From contig WHUA01000004.1 of NCBI GenBank assembly GCA_009377445.1, positions 215,630 to 279,629 of the forward strand: a stretch of 64,000 bases of DNA, read 5' to 3'. The translations under genes and the position numbers were made by a program. The notes beneath the pieces are model-generated. The model worked only from the letters and a program-made list of their open reading frames with translations. It searched no databases and had not been told where the DNA came from. This DNA is from Alphaproteobacteria bacterium (GTDB lineage Bacteria; Pseudomonadota; Alphaproteobacteria; UBA8366). Below, piece by piece: positions 56,229 to 64,000 of this stretch (its first letter is position 1; every line of letters starts with the position of its first letter).

Positions 56229-58340
56229 TCAAAGCAGCTTGTCCGGCGTGACCGGTAGCTCGCGGATGCGCTTGCCGGTGGCATGAAAGATGGCGTTGGT
56301 GATGGCCGGGGCGACGCCCACCATGGCGATCTCGCCGACGCCTTTCACGCCGAGCGGGTTCACGTGTGGGTCGTGCTCCTCCACAAAGATTACGTCCATG
56401 ACCGGCGGGGCGTCGGCGTGGACCGGCACCGCGTATTCGGCGAAGTTGGCGTTTGAGACCCGCCCGTTGCGGCCGTCCACCACGGAATGCTCCATGAGTG
56501 CCATGCCGATACCGCCGATCATGCCGCCGACGCACTGGCTGCGCGCCAACTTCGGGTTGACGATGCGCCCGGCCCCATAAGCGCCGACGATGCGCCGCAC
56601 GCGCGTCTCCCCGAGGTCCGGATCGACGGCGACTTCCACGAATACGGCGCCGAAGGCGTGCATTGAGAACCGTTGCGATTCATCGCCCGGCGTTGAGTCT
56701 ACTGAGGCCTCGACAGGCTGGCCGATGCGACGCATCGCCTCCGTAACATCGTTGGTGCCACCGCCGCGTGCGAGCGCGTCCTCGCGCGCCTTGCGGCAGG
56801 CAGCCTGCACCGCGCTGCCGACGCTTGCCATCGTTATCGAGCCGCCGTGCACGGGCGCTCTCGGCAGCCGGGTGTCACCGAGAGTGAACCTCACCCGTTC
56901 GATCGGCAAGCCGAGCGTCTCGGCCGCGACCTGTGTCATCGACGTCCAGGTGCCTGGTCCCATGTCGCTTGCGGCGCTCGCAACTTCCGCGGTGCCATCG
57001 GGCAGAAGGCGCGCCATAGCCGAGGCGGGTGCGCGACCCGCGCCGTAGGTGGCGGTTGCCATGCCCCAGCCGATCAACTGGCGACCATCGCGCATGGAGC
57101 GCGGCTCGGAATTGCGCCGGCTCCAGCCGAAGCGCTCGGCGGCCGCCTGGTAGCATTCCCGGGTCGATCTGCTGGAGAACGGAAGCTGCCTGAACTCGTC
57201 CTGTTCTGGTTCATTGCGCAGGCGCAGTTCGACAGGATCAATATTCAGTGCAACAGCAAGTTCGTCCATCGCCGATTCGATCGCGAAGATGCCGCTCGCC
57301 TCACCAGGCCCGCGCATGTAGGTCGGCGTATGCACATTCATGGGCGCGAGCCGATGGCGCGTGTTGACGTTTGGGCACGAATGCAGAAACCCGGTCGCGT
57401 TCAGGAGCGCCTCCGTGAATTCCTCATAGGTGGAGGTCTCCTGGTCGCCATTGTGCAGGATGGCGCCGAGGCGGCCGTCACGCGATGCGCCGAGGGCGAC
57501 ACGCTGGACCGTATGCGGGCGAAAGCCCGTGCCGTAGTACATCTCGCGCCGTGACAGCATGATCTTAACCGGCCGCCCGGCGACACGCGCGCCGAGCGCC
57601 GCTAGCGTTACATGTGGCCAGGTGCGCAGAGCCGAACCGAAGGCGCCGCCGACGAACGGCGAGATGACCCGCACGTTCCGCGCCGGGATGCCGAACACGG
57701 CGGCGATCTCGTCGGCCACGTTATGCACCCACTGCGTCTTGTCCCACAGCGTCAGACTATCGCCATCCCAGGACGCGATCGTGGCGTGCATCTCAATGGG
57801 ATTATGGTTCTCGCGCGGGATCACGTAGGTCTGGCCGAGCTTGACCTCGGCGGCTGCGAGCGCTCCATCGGGGTCGCCGCGCCGCGTCTCCGATGGCGGT
57901 GTCAGCGGGACCGGCTCGGCGCGGGCAATGTCGGTGATCGCGGCTTCGGGCGCGTAGGTGACGCGCACCAACATCGCCGCGTGGACCGCCTGTTCGAGCC
58001 CTTCGGCGATGACGAGGGCGACGGGCTGGCCTTGATGACTCACCCGATCGGCCTGAAGCACGTGCAGACGCTCACCGATGCCTGGGTCGGGAGCGCCCTT
58101 GTGTGCGCGGTAGGCGAGCTTCGGCGCATTTTGGTGCGTCAAGACGGCAATGACACCAGGCGCCTGCTGCGCAGCCGAACTGTCGATTGAAGCAATACGG
58201 CCGTTCGCCACCGTGCTCCGGACGATAGCGCCGTGCACCAAGCCCGGCGCCTGAAACTCGGCGACATAAGTAGCGGCGCCGGTGACCTTCCGCCGGCCAT
58301 CGACACGGCTGATGGGCTGTCCGATCAAAGCGGTGGTCAT
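56229..58340 (-). CDS. xanthine dehydrogenase-family molybdopterin-binding subunit
   Basis: 703 aa. ...GQPISRVDGRRKVTGAATY..., ...GGFG.. and C-terminal ...GVGEIAMVGVAPAITNAIFHATGKRIRELP. Confidence 0.9.
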   Translation of the reverse strand: MTTALIGQPISRVDGRRKVTGAATYVAEFQAPGLVHGAIVRSTVANGRIASIDSSAAQQAPGVIAVLTHQNAPKLAYRAHKGAPDPGIGERLHVLQADRVSHQGQPVALVIAEGLEQAVHAAMLVRVTYAPEAAITDIARAEPVPLTPPSETRRGDPDGALAAAEVKLGQTYVIPRENHNPIEMHATIASWDGDSLTLWDKTQWVHNVADEIAAVFGIPARNVRVISPFVGGAFGSALRTWPHVTLAALGARVAGRPVKIMLSRREMYYGTGFRPHTVQRVALGASRDGRLGAILHNGDQETSTYEEFTEALLNATGFLHSCPNVNTRHRLAPMNVHTPTYMRGPGEASGIFAIESAMDELAVALNIDPVELRLRNEPEQDEFRQLPFSSRSTRECYQAAAERFGWSRRNSEPRSMRDGRQLIGWGMATATYGAGRAPASAMARLLPDGTAEVASAASDMGPGTWTSMTQVAAETLGLPIERVRFTLGDTRLPRAPVHGGSITMASVGSAVQAACRKAREDALARGGGTNDVTEAMRRIGQPVEASVDSTPGDESQRFSMHAFGAVFVEVAVDPDLGETRVRRIVGAYGAGRIVNPKLARSQCVGGMIGGIGMALMEHSVVDGRNGRVSNANFAEYAVPVHADAPPVMDVIFVEEHDPHVNPLGVKGVGEIAMVGVAPAITNAIFHATGKRIRELPVTPDKLL

Positions 58341-59335
58341 GCGCGAGCTCCCGCGATTTCGACGGCACGCACGATGGCGCGCTGCATGAGTTCGATCTTG
58401 AAGTCGTTGTGCCCGCGGCCATGCGCGTTCTCTGCGGCGAGTGCCGCCGCCTGGCGGAGCGATTGCGGTTCGAGGCTGGCCCCGGCCAGGGCTGCCTCGA
58501 CGCGGGGCACGCGCCAGGGCTTGGTTCCGACGCCCCCGAGGGCGATGCGCGCCTGCCGGATGCGGGCGCCGTCCATCTCAAGCGCCACCGCCGCCGAGAC
58601 GACCGCGAACTCGAAGGAGGCCCGATCGCGCACCTTGAGATAATGCGAGCGTCGCGCCGCCGAGCTGGCCGGCACCGTGATGGCGGCGATCACCTCTCCT
58701 GGCTCAAGCACCGTCTCGATGTGCGGAGTGGCGGCTGGCAGGCGATGGAAGTCGACGAGCGGCAAGGAACGGCTGCCGCCAGCCCCGCGTATCTCGACGG
58801 CTGCATCAAGTGCGACCAGCGCCACCGCAAGGTCCGAAGGGTTGGTGGCGATACAGTCGTCGCTCGTGCCGAGCACGGCATGCCAGCGGTTCTCACCGCC
58901 AATAGCCGCGCAGCCGGAGCCCGGTGCGCGCTTGTTGCAGGCGGCATAGCCGACATCGCGAAAATACGGACAGCGGGTGCGCTGCAGGAGATTGCCGCCC
59001 ATGGTCGCCTGGTTGCGCACCTGCGGGCTTGCCGAGTTAAGCAGTGCCTCGGAGATGAGAGGAAATTGCTCAACCACAGCCGGGTCGGCGGCCACTTCCG
59101 CCATCGTGGCGGCGACACCGAGCCGGAGGCCCTGTGGTCCAATCTCGATGCGGTTGTCGAGAAGACCCGCGAGGCTGACCAACCGCTCGGGCTGGCGCAC
59201 GTATTCTTGCAGGAGCTGCACCATGTCGGTGCCGCCGGCTATATATTCGGCTGGTGCGTCATTGCGGCCGGCCTGCGCGCGCAAGGCGAGCGCGGCGGCA
59301 AGGTCACGCGGACGATCAAGAGTGAACGGGTGCAT
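58337..59335 (-). CDS. xanthine dehydrogenase-family FAD-binding subunit
   Basis: 332 aa. ...YIAGGTDMVQLL... Overlaps the large-subunit start. Confidence 0.9.
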   Translation of the reverse strand: MHPFTLDRPRDLAAALALRAQAGRNDAPAEYIAGGTDMVQLLQEYVRQPERLVSLAGLLDNRIEIGPQGLRLGVAATMAEVAADPAVVEQFPLISEALLNSASPQVRNQATMGGNLLQRTRCPYFRDVGYAACNKRAPGSGCAAIGGENRWHAVLGTSDDCIATNPSDLAVALVALDAAVEIRGAGGSRSLPLVDFHRLPAATPHIETVLEPGEVIAAITVPASSAARRSHYLKVRDRASFEFAVVSAAVALEMDGARIRQARIALGGVGTKPWRVPRVEAALAGASLEPQSLRQAAALAAENAHGRGHNDFKIELMQRAIVRAVEIAGARA

Positions 59336-59338
59336 GGC

Positions 59339-59938
59339 TCAACCTCCCCGCGCAGGACCGGTGGCGCCAGCCGCGTCCTGGATCGCCGCGACGATGTGAT
59401 CATAGGCTCCGCAGCGGCACAGGTTGCCGCTCATCCAGTCACGGATCTCCTGCGGCGAGCCGGCATGGCCCTCTGCAATGCAGGCGACGCCGGCCATGAT
59501 CTGCCCGGACGTGCAATAGCCGCACTGGAAGGCGTCGCGCTCGATGAAGGCGGCTTGCAGTGGATGAAGTTGATCGCCCTGCGCCAAGCCTTCGATAGTC
59601 GTTATCTCGCGCCCCTCCACGAGGGCGGCGAGCGAGAGGCAGGATTTCACGCCCTTGCCGTCCATCCGGACCGTGCAGGCGCCGCATTGACCAAGGCCGC
59701 AGCCTTTCTTCGAGCCGGTCAGATGCAGATGCTCGCGCAGGGCATCGAGCAACGTGGTCCGTGGATCGAGCGTCAGCCGATGCTCGGTCCCGTTGACCCG
59801 GAGCACGAGGTCGAGCGGAGCGGGCCGGGCGTCCGCGGCTTGCGCGGCAGCCTCCGGGATGAACCCAGGCATGAGCTGCCCTCCCACCAAGGCACCGCCA
59901 GTGACCACGGCCACTTCCATAAGCTCGCGCCGGGTCAT
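59339..59938 (-). CDS. (2Fe-2S)-binding small subunit with Tat-like signal
   Basis: ORF 59339..59986(-). Likely start MTRRELMEVAVVTGGAL (ATG 59938). CGLGQCGACTV and QCGYCTSGQ clusters. Confidence 0.9.
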   Translation of the reverse strand: MTRRELMEVAVVTGGALVGGQLMPGFIPEAAAQAADARPAPLDLVLRVNGTEHRLTLDPRTTLLDALREHLHLTGSKKGCGLGQCGACTVRMDGKGVKSCLSLAALVEGREITTIEGLAQGDQLHPLQAAFIERDAFQCGYCTSGQIMAGVACIAEGHAGSPQEIRDWMSGNLCRCGAYDHIVAAIQDAAGATGPARGG

Positions 59939-60068
59939 ATCGAACCCGGTGAGCCTCAGGTTTCCTGAGCTTGAAGACTCTTCCATATGTGGCGCTCACT
60001 TAGCGAGCAGACGCAAAGCATGCCGTCCGATTGAAGAGTGCGCATCCTCCCCAACTACCGCCAAAAAT

Positions 60069-60425
60069 CATGGAGAGTATGAGCAGAATCCAAAAACGCG
60101 GCGCGGCCTCAGAAGTTCCTCAGGCTTTTGCCGCCGTCGCGCGAGAACTCGGTTTCACGAAAGCCGCAAAGCTGGGCCTCTCCTGGCGGCACTAAGCCAT
60201 ACGATCAAGAACGCAAAGCGGCGGAGGATTCCGCTCCTTAGCCGCGCGACGCGGAGCGTCTCGCCAGAGGGCGCAACCCGTCTGGTACCCAACACAGGAC
60301 ATGCTTCGACGAGATCGAGGCGGTGGTCGCCGCAGTCAGTGAGCTTCGGGAGAAGCCTGCCTCACGCCACCAGGCAAGATCAATCGACTACTTTTGCTGA
60401 ACAAAGATCGCCTTTGATACGCGGC
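60069..60425 (+). pseudogene. LysR-family regulator, frameshifted N-terminal fragment
   Basis: ATG 60069 (GGAGAG SD): ...QAFAAVARELGFTKAAKLGLS. Other frames give LAALSHTIKN...IPLLSRATRSVSPEG and FDEIEAVVAAVSELREKPA. At least 2 frameshifts. It ends at the IS630-like end. Confidence 0.55.
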
Positions 60426-60429
60426 TCTG

Positions 60430-60735
60430 TCCCATTTCACTTCACAGCACTACCCCTTCACTCCCACTCGATCGTTTCTAAGCATCATAACTCACTGAAT
60501 TTTAAGCGCGAAATTTCTCCGCTGACGGTCTAGAGCGTCGTGCAATTAATCTGCAACATATCCAGCGTCCTTGAGGTAGTTCCAGCATTCGTCGGGTGAG
60601 TAGAGGTTGCAGATTGAGCCGACGGCTTTCCAGAGGGCGTCGATGGTGCGGGCCTTTGCCTTTCGCAAGTGTGCCTTGAGCTTGGCGAAGGCCATTTCGA
60701 TGGGGTTCAGATCGGGGCTGTAGGGCGGCAGGAAC
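60430..60735 (-). mobile_element. IS630-family element right end: transposase C-terminal 63 codons (60546-60735) plus end sequence
   Basis: Own translation of the minus strand: FLPPYSPDLNPIEMAFAKLKAHLRKAKARTIDALWKAVGSICNLYSPDECWNYLKDAGYVAD*, the DDE third-acidic region of IS630/Tc1-like transposases. Confidence 0.7.
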
Positions 60736-60736
60736 C

Positions 60737-61280
60737 TGCGGCAACGACCGGACGATCGGACGCCGGGAGATCGAGGCGCGAGTGCTGGAGGGGCTCAAGG
60801 TGCGGCTCATGGCGCCGGCGCTGGTCCAGGCCTTCATCGATGAATACCACGCGGAGATCAACCGCGCCGCCCGCGACACGGAGCATGCACAACGCCGGCT
60901 GCGGCGCGAGCGCGCGGACATCGAGCGCAAGATCGAGAGCATCCTCCGTGCCGTCGAGGACGGCTTCTACAATGCCTCCCTCAAGGACCGCCTCTCGGGC
61001 CTGGAACGGCGCCGCGATGAGATCGACAGGGTGCTGGCGGAAGACACGACGCCCGCCGTCCGCCTGCATCCCGGCCTGGGCAGGATCTATCGCGACCGGG
61101 TCGCCCGCCTCGAGACGGCGCTGACGGCGGAAGACACGGCGGCGGAGGCCGGCGACATCCTTCGCCTCCTCATCGACCGCGTCGAGCTCCGCCCACGCGA
61201 TAGGGAAGGTGGTCTCGATATCATGCTGTTCGGCGATCTCGCGGCGATCCTGTCGCTCTGTGAAGCCGCGGAGCACAAAG
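60737..61280 (+). pseudogene. large serine recombinase, C-terminal fragment
   Basis: ...CGNDRTIGRREIEARVLEGLKVRLMAPALVQAFIDEYHAEINR...coiled-coil...LHPGLGRIYRDRVARLETAL...LRLLIDRVELRP matches the zinc-ribbon-distal/coiled-coil part. The catalytic N-terminus is absent. Confidence 0.6.
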
Positions 61281-61285
61281 ACGAA

Positions 61286-61311
61286 CTCCCCGGAAGGGAC
61301 CTTCCGGGGAG
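61286..61311 (-). terminator. 12-bp perfect hairpin just 3' of the tRNA-fMet relic
   Basis: ctccccggaagg-ga-ccttccggggag. On the minus strand it lies 11 nt after the relic's CCA and is followed by gttcgtctttgtg. Confidence 0.45.
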
Positions 61312-61322
61312 TCAACTGTCAG

Positions 61323-61366
61323 TGGCTGCGGGGGCAGAATTTGAACCTGCGCCTTCAGGTTATGAG
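61323..61366 (-). pseudogene. tRNA-Met(CAU, initiator-like) 3' half relic (anticodon loop to CCA)
   Basis: Minus strand: CTCATAA-CCTGA-AGGC-GCAGG-TTCAAAT-TCTGC-CCCCGCA-G-CCA parallels the initiator tRNA 3' half. No matching 5' acceptor or D arm upstream. Confidence 0.6.
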
Positions 61367-61628
61367 GTTTACAGCAACAGCAATCAAGCTGCCAGAGCAA
61401 CGCCATCGAAACGGAGTTTCAACGCGACTACGTGCTCGAAGCGTTCGGTTCGAACTGTATCCAGGAAGGCCAGCCACTATCCCCGAATACGCTCGTTTAC
61501 GCCCCAAGCGCCTTTGGCAGCTTCCCTACCGGATGGCGACGCGGCATAGCTTCGAACATGGTCCCGTCTTGCTATTTGGGATCGAGACGGGTTATCTTAC
61601 TTCTATCTTACCACGTTGAGGCTACCCT

Positions 61629-61910
61629 ATGCCCGCCAAGCGGAAACTGACGACCACCGTTTCGACCAAAGGCCAAGTCATCCTGCCCAAGGCGATTCGA
61701 GAGCAGCGCCACTGGTCGGCCGGCACGGAGCTTGTCGTGGAAGACACACCCGACGGGGTTCTGTTGAAGGCAAGGCCCGCATTCGCGCCCACGAGGCCGA
61801 AGGATGTGTTTGGATCGCTATCCTATAAAGGATCGGCAAAATCGATGGCGGAGATGAGGGCGGGAATCGCCGTCGAGGCGAAACGGCGGCATGCTCGCAA
61901 TCGATACTAA
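61629..61910 (+). CDS. vapB: AbrB/MazE/SpoVT-family antitoxin (VapB-like)
   Basis: 93 aa. ...TTVSTKGQVILPKAIREQRHWSAGTELVVEDTPDGVLLK (SpoVT-AbrB swapped-hairpin motif). 20-nt overlap with vapC. Confidence 0.8.
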   Translation: MPAKRKLTTTVSTKGQVILPKAIREQRHWSAGTELVVEDTPDGVLLKARPAFAPTRPKDVFGSLSYKGSAKSMAEMRAGIAVEAKRRHARNRY

Positions 61911-62280
61911 CCTTATCGTCCGCTATCTGGTGAACGACGATCCCGGACAAGCCGCCCGGGCGCGCAAACTGATCGACAACAATGATGTCTTCGTCTGCAC
62001 CACGGTCATATTGGAGACCGAATGGGTGCTGCGCAGCGTCTATGGATTCTCCGTTGCCCAATGCGCAAAAGCTCTTACCGATTTCGCGGGATTGCCGCGC
62101 GTGACCCTGGAAGATGCCGCTTGCGTTGCAAAGGCTTTGGGTTGGGTGCGGGAGAGGGTGGACTTCGCGGATGGCCTGCACCTGGCAAAAGCGGAAGGCT
62201 GCGACGCCTTCATCAGCTTCGACCAGAACTTCGCCAAAACCGTCAACGCCCTCGGGGGTATCAAGGTTCGCACGCCCTGA
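61891..62280 (+). CDS. vapC: PIN-domain toxin VapC
   Basis: 129 aa. MLAIDTNLIVRYLVNDD (first acidic D), ...ILETEWVL..., ...FISFDQNFA. Confidence 0.85.
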   Translation: MLAIDTNLIVRYLVNDDPGQAARARKLIDNNDVFVCTTVILETEWVLRSVYGFSVAQCAKALTDFAGLPRVTLEDAACVAKALGWVRERVDFADGLHLAKAEGCDAFISFDQNFAKTVNALGGIKVRTP

Positions 62281-62314
62281 AACAAGGTATTGCTATCGAC
62301 CGCACGGGCCTAGC

Positions 62315-63109
62315 TCACGGCTTCGCGCTCTCGCTCTGACTCCGGAACGCCTTCTCTCCGGCGTCCGACACCTCGACCCACTTCTTGTCGGGCGCTGCGC
62401 CTGCGACGTAGCTGTCGTGCCAGTTCCACCACTTGTAGGTCGGGGTCTGAGGATAGCCCTCGGGCGAATCCTCCCAGACCTCCTGCCGGCCCAGTGGCGT
62501 GATGTCGAGGTAGTTCCACGTGCTCCCCATCTGCTCGTCGCCACGGTTGTTGATGAAGTAGGTGCGGAACACGCGGTCGCCGTCGCGGTAGAACACGTTC
62601 GTGCCGTGCCACTCGTCCACGCCGAAGTCGGCGTCGAAGCTGTCCGTGATGGTGAACCACGGCATCTCCCAGCCCATCCGCGCCTTCAGCCGCGCGATGT
62701 CCGCCTGAGGCGCACGCGAGACGAAGACGAGGGTGGTGTCGCGGGCGTTCAGGTGGGCGACGTGGGCGACCTGGTCGGCCACCATGGAGCAGCCCCGGCA
62801 GGCGTGGTCGGGCCAGCCGAACACCCCCGGCTCGAAGAAGGCGCGGTAGACGATCAGCTGACGCCGGCCGTCGAACAGGTCGAGCAGGCTGGCCTTGCCC
62901 GCAGGCCCCTCGAACGCATACGCCGTCTCTACGGCCATCCACGGCATTCGCCTGCGCTCGGCGGCCAGGGCGTCACGGGCGCGGGTTTGGGCCTTTTCCT
63001 TCACGAGCTGCTGCTTGTGGGCCGCCTCCCACGCCTGCGGCGAAACGACCGGTGGTGTGTGCATGGCAGGCTGTCCGCCTTTCCGTCCGTTCTCGGCTGA
63101 TGCAGTCAT
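62315..63109 (-). CDS. DUF899 (thioredoxin-like) domain protein
   Basis: 264 aa. ...WEAAHKQQLVKEKAQTRARDALAAERRRMPW...CRGCSMVADQV...WFTITDSFDADFGV..., as I recall for DUF899. GGAGG SD. Confidence 0.75.
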   Translation of the reverse strand: MTASAENGRKGGQPAMHTPPVVSPQAWEAAHKQQLVKEKAQTRARDALAAERRRMPWMAVETAYAFEGPAGKASLLDLFDGRRQLIVYRAFFEPGVFGWPDHACRGCSMVADQVAHVAHLNARDTTLVFVSRAPQADIARLKARMGWEMPWFTITDSFDADFGVDEWHGTNVFYRDGDRVFRTYFINNRGDEQMGSTWNYLDITPLGRQEVWEDSPEGYPQTPTYKWWNWHDSYVAGAAPDKKWVEVSDAGEKAFRSQSESAKP

Positions 63110-63245
63110 GGCTTTTGAAACCTCCTAATTTGGGTCAATTCCCGCGCCTCGAGGCTGAAGCGCGATTCCATTCCCTGCTCATTAAACGTGTCGGCCGTGA
63201 GATTGTTCTGGCATAGTCCACCGCTCGATCCCGCGATGGTTCGCC

Positions 63246-63683
63246 TTACCCGCGGGCAGCGGCCTCGGCCAAGGAAATCGCTCTATCGCGAAGCCGGCTC
63301 CGCCGGTTCTGACGGAGCTTGCGCAGAAAGCGCTCGTCGGACGTGACGAACGAACAATCGTTCGCCACCGCCAAGGCAAGGTACAGGCAGTCATAGGCGG
63401 AATGGTCGAGCGCAATGGCGATGCGAGCCGCCTCTTCAAGCAATGATCGCGTTGGCAGCAGCTCGATATCAGCGCCTTGGAGCAAACGGGCGGCGAGAAA
63501 GGCTTCCTCTTTTAAAAGCTCGTCTCGTTGAACCTTTTTCCAAAGCACGTTCGCGCATTCCGCCACCAGCAGGTCGGGCGCGATCAGCTTGGCCCGCTGT
63601 CGTAGCGTCAGCGCCTCCGGTGTGCCTTCTTCCTCGACCACCCATTTGATGGCGATGCTGGCGTCCATGACGAGCGTCTTCAC
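63246..63683 (-). CDS. PIN-domain toxin (VapC/FitB-like)
   Basis: 145 aa. VMDASIAIKWVVEEE..., ...AYDCLYLALA..., ...FVTSDERF. GTG start overlapping the antitoxin stop. Confidence 0.8.
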   Translation of the reverse strand: MKTLVMDASIAIKWVVEEEGTPEALTLRQRAKLIAPDLLVAECANVLWKKVQRDELLKEEAFLAARLLQGADIELLPTRSLLEEAARIAIALDHSAYDCLYLALAVANDCSFVTSDERFLRKLRQNRRSRLRDRAISLAEAAARG

Positions 63684-63919
63684 CGCTCCTCGCGTCCTTC
63701 GCGGAGGAGGACTTCCGACGGCGTCTGCCGCCGGCGCTTCGTCAACTTCCGCAATTCGGCGGCCAACGTATCGAAGGAAGGTTCCACGTCAGCAGCAAGG
63801 GCCTGCCGCAGGATTTCCCGGTGCTCGGCCTCGGTCGAACGCCCGTGCCGGGCGGCGCGGCGCTTCAACCGGGCAATCAGATCGTCGTCCAGATTGCGCA
63901 CATGCAGATTGCCAGCCAT
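63680..63919 (-). CDS. ribbon-helix-helix antitoxin (FitA/Arc-like)
   Basis: 79 aa. MAGNLHVRNLDDDLIARLKRRAARHGRSTEAEHREILRQAL is a classic RHH N-terminus. Confidence 0.8.
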   Translation of the reverse strand: MAGNLHVRNLDDDLIARLKRRAARHGRSTEAEHREILRQALAADVEPSFDTLAAELRKLTKRRRQTPSEVLLREGREER

Positions 63920-64000
63920 CCGACCCTTCCACTTGAGACCAATGATAGCAATGATCTCAAATGGAGGTTATTTTGTCAATCTCCGCCATGGCCCCAACAA

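Larger units (their letters stand above)
36874..64000. mobile_element. mosaic genomic island downstream of tRNA-Gln (distal end not reached)
   Basis: Housekeeping synteny stops at the tRNA. After it come lower-GC DNA, many truncated genes, and relics of a Tyr integrase, IS110, IS630, a Ser recombinase and a tRNA-fMet 3' half, plus TA modules. Confidence 0.6.

Noticed and set aside
58409-59968. 519-aa plus-strand ORF opposite the FAD and 2Fe-2S subunit genes
   Set aside because: Antisense to genes with clear cofactor-binding motifs. No motifs of its own.
61280-61549. Continuation of the recombinase ORF (..SQLSVAAGAEFEPAPSGYEV..) as a genuine C-terminus
   Set aside because: The AGAEFEP stretch is the translation of the reverse complement of a tRNA T-arm/acceptor (the tRNA-fMet relic). 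This is a known artefact of ORFs reading through tRNA DNA.

Overview
High-GC alphaproteobacterial chromosome segment (Rhizobiales/Rhodospirillales-like gene order) in two contrasting parts. (1) Positions 1-36873 are conserved housekeeping DNA: gmk-yicC, dapB, the fabD-fabG-acpP-fabF-mltG block, rpsF-rpsR-rplI, dnaB-alr, mlaEF, radA-cvpA-purF, der-bamB-yfgM, gcrA, dusA, guaA, guaB, rlmE, ppx. Small accessory intrusions sit in it: a ParDE toxin-antitoxin cassette that replaces the 3' end of an SDR gene, and two copies of a hairpin repeat. (2) A tRNA-Gln(CUG) at 36800-36873 marks the start of a visibly more AT-rich mosaic island that runs to the window end (at least 27 kb). The island holds, in order: the stump of a Z1/DUF4420/AIPR-type defence operon with only the PD-(D/E)XK gene intact; integrase and ATPase scraps; an 11-kb three-amidase plus peptide-type ABC importer cluster with GatC/AtzG-like helper modules (one free-standing, one fused); a junkyard of truncated genes (RidA, IS110, AzoR, hydantoinase) around an AlbA_2/Schlafen-like protein coupled to a small membrane protein; an orphan HD hydrolase; an SDR / cyclophilin-like / three-subunit molybdenum hydroxylase operon with a decayed LysR gene; an IS630 / serine-recombinase / tRNA-fMet-3'-half junction; and two PIN-type TA pairs flanking a DUF899 gene. 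I saw no CRISPR array, rRNA, or intact transposase or integrase. I judge the most interesting items to be the amidase/AtzG-like cluster, the orphaned defence nuclease next to the tRNA, the AlbA_2 plus membrane gene pair, and the hairpin repeats that donate stop codons to two convergent gene pairs. All functional calls come from my own recognition of motifs in the translations. No database search was run.
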